NCBI GenBank assembly: GCA_903960515.1
Contig: CAJCBL010000023.1
Coordinates: forward strand, 7,909 to 71,908
Source of the DNA: an uncultured Verrucomicrobiota bacterium
Lineage (GTDB): Bacteria > Verrucomicrobiota > Verrucomicrobiia > Opitutales > Opitutaceae
DNA length: 64,000 nt
Direction: 5' to 3'
In this document: piece by piece, positions 1-8,295 of the stretch
Numbering within the stretch: the first letter of the stretch is position 1
How the letters are laid out: every line of letters begins with the position of its first letter
Notes under the pieces: generated by a model
What the model saw: only the letters and a program-made list of their open reading frames with translations
Told to the model about the DNA's origin: nothing
Databases searched by the model: none
Position numbers and translations under genes: made by a program

Positions 1-372
1 TACGAGTGGACCACTGAGCCGTATTCGCCAGGGGCCGCGAAACCTGCGACTCGGTCCGCCTCTCCGGCTTCATCGGTTTCTGGGATGTGGACCGGCACTT
101 GGACCAACAGCGTAGGCGAGAAACAGACCGACTCGTTGTCGATCGAGGAGAAAGCCGACGGCACCGTCAGCGGCACGTGGTCCGGCAACATCCGCATCTC
201 CGGCAGGCGCACTTCAGCCACCACCTTGGAATTCAACGGGCGCACGGCCACGCGGAACTACCAAGTAACGGCTACGCTACAGGGTGGCAGCATGACTCTC
301 GACTACGTTGCTCATCGCCTGGATACCTCGGGGTCGTATCGCGGCAGGTCCACCATGACGCGCGAGCAATAG
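1..372 (+). CDS. hypothetical protein, C-terminal part (reading frame open to left window edge)
   Basis: Frame 1 has no stop from nt 1 to the TAG at 370-372. Third-codon positions are GC-rich like neighbouring genes. The Thr/Gly/Ser-rich, beta-strand-like sequence has no recognisable motif. Confidence 0.5.
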   Translation, partial: YEWTTEPYSPGAAKPATRSASPASSVSGMWTGTWTNSVGEKQTDSLSIEEKADGTVSGTWSGNIRISGRRTSATTLEFNGRTATRNYQVTATLQGGSMTLDYVAHRLDTSGSYRGRSTMTREQ

Positions 373-437
373 AGCTCGCCTACCGGCTAGGGCCCTTGGG
401 CCCTCAGGGGCGGCCACGCCGCCCCCGAGCCCGGAAC

Positions 438-543
438 AAGGCAATCGTACCGCGTGCGCTCTGGCAGTGCACGAACTCTGGGGGCAGCCGTAGCAGGAGC
501 GTGCTTGCACGCGATCTGCGCCCTTAAGCGCGTGCAAGCACCC
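438..543 (+). repeat. composite palindromic (REP/MITE-like) element, copy 1, forward, truncated stem
   Basis: Stem GTGCTTGCACGCG (501-513) pairs with CGCGTGCAAGCAC (529-541). The upstream module GCGCTCTGGCAGTGCACGAACT (456-477) is shared with copy 5. It sits between convergent genes. Confidence 0.8.
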
Positions 544-569
544 ATCTGGCAAAACCCAAGCTGTCCGCC

Positions 570-1442
570 TCAAGTGTTGAGCAGCAACCCCGTTGAACCG
601 CCGGAGGCGATGATCACTTTACCGGTGCTGCGCAACGTGGCCTGGATATCCAGCAGCTTGAAGAGCGCCTCGGCCACCTCGGGCTGGCGTCGGATCTCGG
701 CCAGCGCCTGACCGATCACCATCGGGCGCACGGCCTGCGCCTCGCCCAGGCGTTGCGCCGCCTTCATGTCGGCAGAGGAGTGGATCAGCGCCACCTCGTT
801 CTCGCCGGCCTGCTTCATCGCAGCGGTGACCTGTCGCAGCCGGTTCACCACTTTGCGCTGGATCTCCACGATCATTCCGCGGTCGCGGAAGGCTACCTTG
901 CGGATGTAGGCCGAACCGAGGTGGAACCCCCAGCGCAGGGAGGTGGGCGTAACCTCTTCGCGGACGCGGCGCGAGAGGGCGTCGCGGTTTTCCAGGAGCA
1001 CCTCCAGCTTGAGGTTGGAGAGTTGCTTGACCACGGCGGTGGCCACATTGGCCTGCAGCGAGCCCAGCGGGTCGGCGTTCTGGAAGAGGAAAGCCTCCGG
1101 GTCGCTCACGAAGCCCTCAAACCAGATGCCAACGCCCATCGGCGCGCCCTCCTCGGAGTTGACGAGCTGGTTGCGCAAATACGACTGGAAGATGTGCGTC
1201 TTCACTGGATAGGCCTTGCCGAAAAAGGGCAGCAGCATCGCCTGCGGCCCGAAGTGGGCTACGGGGAAGAACAGCCCGGGCTCCTCGACCCGCCCGATGA
1301 CCTTGCCGAACAACGTGTATACCAGCACCGAGCGCTCGGGCAGCACGCGCCAGAGCTGGAAGGAGCGCCCGAGGGCCAGCACGATGGGCGTGGCGATGAA
1401 GGTGCCGATGAAGCCGATGAAAAGTGAGATTAGAAAATCCAT
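570..1442 (-). CDS. SPFH/band-7 domain membrane protein
   Basis: ATG confirmed at 1442. It has an N-terminal TM helix (FLISLFIGFIGTFIATPIVLAL), then a stomatin/prohibitin-like core and a C-terminal Ala/Gln-rich helix. It is in tandem with a second SPFH gene. Confidence 0.7.
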   Translation of the reverse strand: MDFLISLFIGFIGTFIATPIVLALGRSFQLWRVLPERSVLVYTLFGKVIGRVEEPGLFFPVAHFGPQAMLLPFFGKAYPVKTHIFQSYLRNQLVNSEEGAPMGVGIWFEGFVSDPEAFLFQNADPLGSLQANVATAVVKQLSNLKLEVLLENRDALSRRVREEVTPTSLRWGFHLGSAYIRKVAFRDRGMIVEIQRKVVNRLRQVTAAMKQAGENEVALIHSSADMKAAQRLGEAQAVRPMVIGQALAEIRRQPEVAEALFKLLDIQATLRSTGKVIIASGGSTGLLLNT

Positions 1443-1454
1443 GACGGGGGAGAA

Positions 1455-2396
1455 TCAGAGGTTGACGACGGTTTGCGCGGCCTTCTCGCGCAGCGGGAGG
1501 CTGGCGTTGCGCAAGTAGGCCTCGAGGGCCGGCATGCCCCCGCTGGCGTGCATCTGGGTGAGGGTCTTGCCGAGCTCTACGAGCGGACCGGCCTCGGCGG
1601 CTGCCCGGTTCTGGGCAATCTGCACCGCCTGCTCGGCCATCTTGAGCTTCTGATCGGCGTCGGCCTTGGACTGGCTGATCGCAGCAGCCACCTGATTCTG
1701 GGTGGTGTTGATCGAGGCGAGCGCCTCGTCGACGTCGGCCGGCGGATCGATGGTGGTGATAAGCGCGGCGTCGAGCTCCACACCGTAACGCGCGGCGGTC
1801 TTGCGGCAGGATTCCTCCATGTAGCGGTTGATGCTGGAGAGGTTCTTGCGCAGGTCGTTTATGGACACGCCCTCCACGGCCCCCTCGTGCGCCTCGCCCT
1901 GGAAGGTGGCGATGCGGTCGCGCAGCACCGAGATGAAGTAACCCACCACATGTGCCGCCGGATTGGCGACGCCGAAGAGGTAGGCGTAGAGGTTGCGTTC
2001 GCACGGGCGCCAGCGCAGCTGGCCGGTGATCGACACGGTGAGGTTGTCCTTGGTCACCGCCTCGATGCAGTCCTGGCGGATGTCCGGATCCCAACAGATA
2101 TCGGTGGTCTGGATGGTCATGCCCACCTTGTAGAGCTTCTGCCAGGGCCACTTGAAGTACGGGCCGCCGGGAGGGGTGACTCGGATGTTGGGGTAGTTGT
2201 AGCGCCCCTTCTCCTCCTCGGTCAGCAGAGCACCGAGCTGCGGGTCGTCGCCGGTGTGGCCAGCCAGGCGTTGCACGCGGCCGAAGGTGGTGACCACGCC
2301 GCGCTCGGTGGGCCCGATGGTGTACACTCCGAACAACAGGGTGAGCAGCGCGGCAAAGCCGACGCCAAGGGCCAGGCCGATCAGTATCGTTATCAT
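1455..2396 (-). CDS. SPFH/band-7 domain protein (stomatin/HflK-C-like)
   Basis: The internal ATG at 2396 (MITILIGLALGVGFAALL, a TM helix) is the likely start; the longer ORF to 2636 is an Arg/Pro-rich extension. The SPFH core (TFGRV...YNYPNIRV...) is followed by an AAAEA coiled-coil tail. Confidence 0.75.
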   Translation of the reverse strand: MITILIGLALGVGFAALLTLLFGVYTIGPTERGVVTTFGRVQRLAGHTGDDPQLGALLTEEEKGRYNYPNIRVTPPGGPYFKWPWQKLYKVGMTIQTTDICWDPDIRQDCIEAVTKDNLTVSITGQLRWRPCERNLYAYLFGVANPAAHVVGYFISVLRDRIATFQGEAHEGAVEGVSINDLRKNLSSINRYMEESCRKTAARYGVELDAALITTIDPPADVDEALASINTTQNQVAAAISQSKADADQKLKMAEQAVQIAQNRAAAEAGPLVELGKTLTQMHASGGMPALEAYLRNASLPLREKAAQTVVNL

Positions 2397-2785
2397 CGCA
2401 GGGTTTCTTTGAGGAAGTCCGGGCGGCGCCACACGCCGGCGGGTTTCATCCGGCGCCCGCAGCACCGCAGACGGGGCGGAGAATGCCGCCTGCATTCCCG
2501 GTGACAAGCGCTGCGCCGCCACAATCTGGTGGCGCCTTTGTAGGTGAAGGCCGGAAACGTGGCCGGTTCCGCGCAGCCAACCCAGCAGACTCGCTTCCTG
2601 CGCCGCCGGCCGGCTCGCGCGCGGCCGGCACGCCATCCGCCGCCCAGCCCGGCCTGCAGTAGCGTTTCCTGCGCCGCTTCAGCCGCTCGGCCCTCACCGG
2701 GTACGGCTCCTGATCCTCTCGGCGTCCACACTCCGTGGAGAAAACCCTTGGCAGCACCGGGGAAACTCCTTTGCGTCGGCCCCCG

Positions 2786-3955
2786 ATGTCCACTCGGCCC
2801 ACCGCAATCCTCGCACTTGAAGACGGCAGCGTGTTTCGCGGCCTGGCGTTCGGCGCCCCCGCGACGACAATCGCTGGCGAAGCCGTGTTTAACACGAGCA
2901 TGACCGGCTACCAGGAGATCCTCTCCGACCCCTCCTACTTCGGGCAGATCGTCACGATGACGGCGCCCCAGATCGGCAACTACGGCATCAGTCCCGAGGA
3001 CGAGGAGTCCGACGGCCCCAAGGTGGCCGGCTTCGTGGTGCGCGAGCTCAGCCCTGTAGTCAGCAACTGGCGCAGCCGCATGAGCGTGCACGACTACCTG
3101 CTCAAGCACGGCATCCCCGGCATCCAGGAAGTAGACACCCGGGCTATCACCAAGAAACTGCGAGTCGAGGGCGCGATGCGCGCCTGCCTCAGCACCGAGG
3201 GCCTCAGCGACGCCGAGGCCGTGGCCCGCGCCCGCGCCTGGGAAAGCATCGTGGGAGCCGACTATGTGAAGGACGTCACCTGCGCAAAGTCCTACGTATG
3301 GAACCCGCAGGACCCGACCAACATCGCCTATCTCCCGGTAGGCACTACGCTGGGCGCCTTCCCCATCCCCGAGAAACGCTTCAAGGTGGCCGCCTTCGAC
3401 TTCGGCGCCAAGCACACCATCTACCGCAAGCTTGTACGCCACGGTTTCGACGTGCATGTGCTGCCCGCCAACGCCACCGCAGCCCAGGTGAAGGAACTCG
3501 CGCCCGACGGCGTATTCCTTTCCAACGGCCCCGGCGACCCTGCCGCCCTCCACTACATTCATGGAACGGTGCGCGAGCTGCTGCCCCACTTCCCCACCTT
3601 CGGCATCTGCCTGGGCCATCAAATGATCACCCACGCCCTGGGAGCCAGCACCTTCAAACTGAAGTTCGGCCACCGCGGCGGCAACCAGCCCGTCAAGAAT
3701 CTGGAGACGGGCAAGGTCTCGATCACCTCGCAGAACCACGGCTTCGCTGCCGACCCGCAATCGTTGGAGAAGGTCGGAGCGGTCGTCACCGAGATCAATC
3801 TCAACGACGGCACCGTAGAGGGCCTGCGGCATAAGGAGCTGCCTGTGTTCTCCGTGCAGTATCACCCCGAAGCCGCTCCCGGCCCCAACGACGCCGACCC
3901 GCTCTTCATCGATTTCTACCGCCTCATCGAAGCCCGCAAAGCCGGGAAGATCTGA
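2786..3955 (+). CDS. carA: carbamoyl-phosphate synthase small (glutaminase) subunit
   Basis: MSTRPTAILALEDGSVFRG...TGYQEILSDPSY matches the CarA N-domain. The class-I amidotransferase triad context is GICLGHQ plus YHPE. ATG at 2786 checked. Confidence 0.95.
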   Translation: MSTRPTAILALEDGSVFRGLAFGAPATTIAGEAVFNTSMTGYQEILSDPSYFGQIVTMTAPQIGNYGISPEDEESDGPKVAGFVVRELSPVVSNWRSRMSVHDYLLKHGIPGIQEVDTRAITKKLRVEGAMRACLSTEGLSDAEAVARARAWESIVGADYVKDVTCAKSYVWNPQDPTNIAYLPVGTTLGAFPIPEKRFKVAAFDFGAKHTIYRKLVRHGFDVHVLPANATAAQVKELAPDGVFLSNGPGDPAALHYIHGTVRELLPHFPTFGICLGHQMITHALGASTFKLKFGHRGGNQPVKNLETGKVSITSQNHGFAADPQSLEKVGAVVTEINLNDGTVEGLRHKELPVFSVQYHPEAAPGPNDADPLFIDFYRLIEARKAGKI

Positions 3956-4039
3956 GGCAGGGAAGAGCCGAAGGAATGGGTCGCATGGATCACATAGGTC
4001 GCATGCGACCTATGCGACCGATCCCAAGGCCGCCCACGC

Positions 4040-4087
4040 CCCCCGGAAAACACTACGCCCGCCTCCCGGGTGAACCGGTGGCGGGCG
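4040..4087 (-). terminator. possible intrinsic terminator downstream of the MCP gene
   Basis: GC stem CGCCCGCC (4056-4063) pairs with GGCGGGCG (4080-4087). On the minus strand it is followed by GTGTTTTCC, a weak T-tract. Confidence 0.35.
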
Positions 4088-4121
4088 CCTGAGCTTCCTC
4101 GTATGACGGGGAGGATAACAC

Positions 4122-6191
4122 TCAGAGATCGCGAAAGAAACTGTCGGCGCTATCGGCCTTGCCGGCCTTTACCACAGCCCGGCCGACGCTCGCCACAGGA
4201 GAAGTAGCCCGCGCCATCATCGGCGCAGCCGATGCCTTGGGGGCCGATGATCGCACCATGGGTTTGGCCGAGAGGGTCGGGGAAGTCTTGCGAGCCATGA
4301 TTGGAGCAGGAGCTGCGGCCTTCGCAGGCGCATGAACCGCGGCCTTCGCTGGCGCAGCCGCAGCGGCTACCGAATGCTCACGCACAGTGGCTACGTGTCC
4401 TTGTTGCGTGCTGGGATGCACCATCTGGCTGAGCTCCTCCACAGCCTCGCTGAGCCTGTCGGCCTGCGACTGGAGTTCGGCCGAGGAACTGGCCGTCTCC
4501 TCCGCGCTGGCGGAGTTGGCCTGGGTGATACGGTCGATGCGCGAGATCTCGGCATTGATCGTCTCGATACCCTGGCTCTGCTGCTTGGCGGCGTCGGCAA
4601 TCTCCTGGATCATCGTATCGAGTTTCCTGGCCCGCTCGGTGATCTCATTGAAACTGTTGCCCACGCGCTCGCTCAGCCGGATACCATGCTCGCTGCGCTG
4701 GTTGGAATTTTCGATCTTGGCGGCGGTTTCGCGGGCGGCCCCGGCGCTGCGGTGGGCCAAGTTGCGCACCTCCTCGGCTACGACTGCGAAGCCGGCTCCG
4801 GCTTCGCCCGCGCGGGCGGCCTCGACGGCGGCGTTAAGGGCCAGGATGTTGGTCTGGAAGGCGATCTCGTCGATGGTCTTGATGATCTTGGTGATCTCCC
4901 CGCCGGCGGATTTGATGGAGTCCATCGCCTCCTTCATGGCCTTCATGTCGTCGGAGCCGTGGTCGGCAGCCTTGCAGGTCTCCCCGGCCATCTGGCGGGC
5001 GCTCTCGGTGTGTTCGGCGGTGCGCTTGATCATGCTGCCCATCTCCACAAGAGAAGAACTGGTTTCCTCCAGGGAAGCCGCCTGCTGGCAGGAACCGTCG
5101 GCCATCGCCTGACTGGCTGTGCTCACTTGTCGCGAGGCTTCGGCGGTGCGGTCGCTGCCCTCCTTGAGCACGGCGGCCACATGGGAGATAGGCAAAGTTA
5201 CGCTGCGGACGATGAAATACCCGGCTACGATGCCAAATACGATACCCAGCAGGCTCAGCCCCATTACCAGGTTCTCGTTACGACTCTGGGCCGCGCTGCT
5301 CGCCTGCTGGGTATCCGCGCGGCGGCTGGCCAGGAGCTGGTTGATCTTCTGTACACGTCCGTTGAAATCGGAGGCCAGCCCACGCATCTCCTTCTCGTAG
5401 ATCACACGGCTGCGGGCCACGCCCTCGCTGACCTTGGCCAGCCCTTGCAACAGCGAAGTGGATTCAGCACGAGTGGCCTTGAGCGCGGCGCGCCGCTCCG
5501 GGTCCTTGAAGGTGGCATCGAACTGCTCCATCTCCTCGATCTCCTTGTCGATCGCCGTGGCCCCTTCGACAAGCTTGTTCAGCGACTGGGTGGCGGAGGC
5601 AGACATGCTCGCATCGGAGGTGAGGAGAAACTGGTTCACCCTCATCAACCCCTCGAAGAAATTCTGCAGGCTGGTGGAGGCCTTGAACGATGCGCTCATA
5701 TCGCCGCTGTCGCGCGCCTTCACCAGCACAAGTTGGAGCGACTTCTGGATCGTGTCCGAACTCGGCTTCATGGCCGCCTCGAACTGGTCGCGCCCGGCAC
5801 GCAGGGCCACGATCTCGCGGAATTGGTTCTCAAACTTGCCAAAATACTGCTTGGACTCGCCTAGCACCGCTTTGGTTTCGGCATCGAGTGCCTGCGCCTC
5901 CAGTCCGCTGAAGTGGCTTTGCATGGAGCGCGATTGCTCGGCGAACACAGCAGCGTCCTCCTTGGCACCGCTGGCCTGGAAGGCGCTCACCGAGCGCAAG
6001 AGCTCCTTCATGGTGAGGTCCAGGCTAGCCGCCTTCGAAGCCAGTTCGGCCCCCTCGACCACGGCTCGCATCCCCTGCCCGGCGCGCCCCAAGGCGAAAT
6101 AGGCTGTGGTAGCCACGAGGATGAGCACCAAGACGACGACTCCAAGCCCGGCAGACATTCGCCGGCCTACGGTGAAATGGGCGCTTTTCAT
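4122..6191 (-). CDS. methyl-accepting chemotaxis protein
   Basis: N-terminal TM, helical sensor and second TM/HAMP are present, plus the conserved signalling hairpin [22 protein letters not shown]. The C-terminal tail is Ala/Pro-rich. No che genes lie nearby. Confidence 0.9.
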   Translation of the reverse strand: MKSAHFTVGRRMSAGLGVVVLVLILVATTAYFALGRAGQGMRAVVEGAELASKAASLDLTMKELLRSVSAFQASGAKEDAAVFAEQSRSMQSHFSGLEAQALDAETKAVLGESKQYFGKFENQFREIVALRAGRDQFEAAMKPSSDTIQKSLQLVLVKARDSGDMSASFKASTSLQNFFEGLMRVNQFLLTSDASMSASATQSLNKLVEGATAIDKEIEEMEQFDATFKDPERRAALKATRAESTSLLQGLAKVSEGVARSRVIYEKEMRGLASDFNGRVQKINQLLASRRADTQQASSAAQSRNENLVMGLSLLGIVFGIVAGYFIVRSVTLPISHVAAVLKEGSDRTAEASRQVSTASQAMADGSCQQAASLEETSSSLVEMGSMIKRTAEHTESARQMAGETCKAADHGSDDMKAMKEAMDSIKSAGGEITKIIKTIDEIAFQTNILALNAAVEAARAGEAGAGFAVVAEEVRNLAHRSAGAARETAAKIENSNQRSEHGIRLSERVGNSFNEITERARKLDTMIQEIADAAKQQSQGIETINAEISRIDRITQANSASAEETASSSAELQSQADRLSEAVEELSQMVHPSTQQGHVATVREHSVAAAAAPAKAAVHAPAKAAAPAPIMARKTSPTLSAKPMVRSSAPKASAAPMMARATSPVASVGRAVVKAGKADSADSFFRDL

Positions 6192-6216
6192 GATAAATGG
6201 GAAAGTGTTGCGAGAA

Positions 6217-6567
6217 CTAGTTTGGGGAGAATTTCAAGGGAATGGCGACCTGCACAGCCACCGGCGCGCCACCCTTCTTCGCCGGTATGAACTTCCATTT
6301 CGTCAAGGCCTCGAGTGCAGGCTGTTCGAACTCCGGGCGGGTGCTCTTCTTGACCACCGCGTTTTGCACATCGCCCTGCACATCAACCAAGAACGACACC
6401 GTCACCATGCCGGCTACCCCCTCGGCCTTGAGCGCCGCCGGGTATACAGGGGCCACCGTCTTGGTCGGCATCGGAGGCTCATCGAATTTGCTCTCCTGCC
6501 CAAGGGCGGCGCCGGGCAGCAGGGCGCCACAGACCAAAGCGAGCGTAAGCAGCGCGGCGACTCTCAC
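6217..6567 (-). CDS. secreted TonB C-terminal-domain protein
   Basis: GTG start at 6567, signal peptide [23 protein letters not shown], and a TonB_C-like core ([28 protein letters not shown]...[24 protein letters not shown]). Confidence 0.7.
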   Translation of the reverse strand: MRVAALLTLALVCGALLPGAALGQESKFDEPPMPTKTVAPVYPAALKAEGVAGMVTVSFLVDVQGDVQNAVVKKSTRPEFEQPALEALTKWKFIPAKKGGAPVAVQVAIPLKFSPN

Positions 6568-6912
6568 AGGCGAAAGGAGTTTTCGGGATCAACCATCATG
6601 GGGACGTTTCGGAGACAGCTAATCGTCGCCTTTCCTGCCCAACTTGAGGGTAAAATTCCAAGGCATGGTTTCGAAGCCTTCCAGTCGGCCCGGGCCGTGA
6701 GGAAGCAAGCTGCCCGGGGGGCTGTATCAGCATCGCGTGAGGCACACCGAATCGGCCCTTCGCACACCGCGCTCCTTGCCCCACCGCAGGGCGCAGCATC
6801 GCGCCGGTTGCCCGACTCAGAACACTGCACGCGCTCCGCTTTGCGACCGTGCCCGCACTCGGGTGACGGCAGAACGAGGTTACCTGCACACGATCTCTGA
6901 TGCCCATCGGTG

Positions 6913-6963
6913 GCAGCGTGCTTGCACGCGATCCGCCCTCTGAATCGCGTGCAAGCACGCTCC
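6913..6963 (+). repeat. palindromic REP-like element, copy 2 (core hairpin only)
   Basis: AGCGTGCTTGCACGCGAT (6915-6932) pairs with ATCGCGTGCAAGCACGCT (6944-6961) around the loop CCGCCCTCTGA. It lies just 3' of kdsB. Confidence 0.85.
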
Positions 6964-6983
6964 CACAACTGAACTGGCGCGCT

Positions 6984-7733
6984 TCAGGCCCCGCCCAGCA
7001 AACGCTCGAACTTCACCGCATCCTCCGGGGTATCCACTCCTACGCTCGGATCGGCGGTGAGCCCCACAGCGATCGCCGCGCCGCTCTCCAGTGCCCGCAG
7101 TTGTTCCAGTTTCTCGATCTGCTCCAGGCGGCCCGGCGGCAGCTTCGTGAAACGTTCCAGGAACTCAGCGTGGTAGGCATAGAGCCCGAGATGTTTGTAA
7201 CAGGGGTGGGCCGCGAGCCAGGCGTCGTCGACCACTCCGGAGCGGTCTCGGGCGAAAGGCATCGGCGAGCGGGAAAAGTACAACGCACGGCCAGCGTCGC
7301 TCAGGACCACCTTCACCTGGTTGGGATTGGCGAAATCCTCCGCGCGCTGAAACCGGGTGGCCAACGTGGCCAGCGGTGCCTCGCCTCGGATCAGGTCGGC
7401 GAGCGCCTGTAACTGCGCGCGGCTCACCAACGGCTCATCGGCCTGCACGTTGATCACCCGCCTCGCGCCCACGCTGCGATTGGCCTCCGCTAGCCGGTCG
7501 GTGCCGCTTTGATGGCACACCGAGGTGGCGATCGTCCGAAAACCGTGAGGCTCCAACACTGCGGCCAACAGCGGATCGTCCACGGCGAAAAACAGCGGCA
7601 GTTCAGGCATCTCTTGCCTGATACGTTCGGCCACCCAGCGCAGCAGCGGTTTGCCCCGGATGGGGTGCAGCAGCTTGCGGGGGAAACGCGTGGATTCGAG
7701 ACGGCAGGGGACGATGATCGCGAGCTCGTTCAT
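6984..7733 (-). CDS. kdsB: 3-deoxy-manno-octulosonate cytidylyltransferase (CMP-Kdo synthetase)
   Basis: Internal ATG at 7733 (MNELAIIVPCRLESTRFPRKLL). The sequence is KdsB-like throughout (VINVQADEP, YKHLGLYAY). Confidence 0.9.
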   Translation of the reverse strand: MNELAIIVPCRLESTRFPRKLLHPIRGKPLLRWVAERIRQEMPELPLFFAVDDPLLAAVLEPHGFRTIATSVCHQSGTDRLAEANRSVGARRVINVQADEPLVSRAQLQALADLIRGEAPLATLATRFQRAEDFANPNQVKVVLSDAGRALYFSRSPMPFARDRSGVVDDAWLAAHPCYKHLGLYAYHAEFLERFTKLPPGRLEQIEKLEQLRALESGAAIAVGLTADPSVGVDTPEDAVKFERLLGGA

Positions 7734-7819
7734 GAAACGGAATATTTTTTTGACGTTGCCAGTGCCCGGCGACTCATAGGGAATCCCCGTCCGCCGCGCC
7801 AATCGCAAAGGCACAACCA

Positions 7820-8116
7820 ATGGAAAACACCGAATCCTCCGCTGCCATACAGCACATCAAAGTGCTGACCGTGCAGAACAAGATGGGCATCCACGCCCGT
7901 CCGGCGGCGATGATTGTGCGCATCACCAACAAGTTCAAAGCCGATGTGCTGGTGGAGCGAGACGAGGAGCAGGTGAACGGCAAGAGCATCATGGGTCTGA
8001 TGATGCTCGCGGCAGGCCGCGGCTCGTCGCTCAAGTTCATCGTCACCGGCAACGACGGCCCCGGGATGATCGCCGAGCTCGAAGCGCTCTTCTCCCGCAA
8101 GTTCGACGAGGTCTGA
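7820..8116 (+). CDS. ptsH: HPr phosphocarrier protein
   Basis: 98 aa. The His-15 site is GIHARPAA and the Ser-46 regulatory site is VNGKSIMGLM. ATG at 7820. Confidence 0.9.
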   Translation: MENTESSAAIQHIKVLTVQNKMGIHARPAAMIVRITNKFKADVLVERDEEQVNGKSIMGLMMLAAGRGSSLKFIVTGNDGPGMIAELEALFSRKFDEV

Positions 8117-8117
8117 G

Positions 8118-8258
8118 CGGTAACCATTCAATGGCAGGAGCGTGCTTCCACGCGATTCAGAGCGCAGATCGCGTGCAAGCACGCTTCTGCTACGGCTGAC
8201 ACTGGAATTCGGGCACGGTTCGAGAGCAAAGCGGTGCCGCTTCATGGTTACGGCTGAA
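8118..8258 (-). repeat. composite palindromic element, copy 3, reverse orientation
   Basis: Core GGAGCGTGCTTCCACGCGAT (8137-8156), loop TCAGAGCGCAG, then ATCGCGTGCAAGCACGCTTC (8168-8187). The loop is the reverse complement of the copy-4 loop. The CATGGTTACGGCT module at 8243-8255 faces the downstream gene. Confidence 0.85.
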
Positions 8259-8295
8259 GTTTGCGGATTGTCGTCAGCTCACAGGCGCTGCTGCC

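Noticed and set aside
2393-3865. 490-aa minus-strand ORF antisense to carA. Similar long antisense or out-of-frame ORFs include 1117-2151, 4332-5864, 9286-10308, 22352-23893, 24089-25978, 33327-34673, 35823-37163, 44704-46221, 52737-54617 and 57741-59582.
   Set aside because: These are shadow ORFs typical of high-GC DNA. They overlap genes with unmistakable conserved motifs on the other strand or frame, and their translations are low-complexity Arg/Gly/Ala/Pro-rich with no motifs.
7750-7779. Sigma-70-like promoter for ptsH (TTGACG at 7750-7755).
   Set aside because: No acceptable -10 hexamer lies at 16-18 nt spacing (CTCATA or TCATAG only). The support is insufficient to annotate it.
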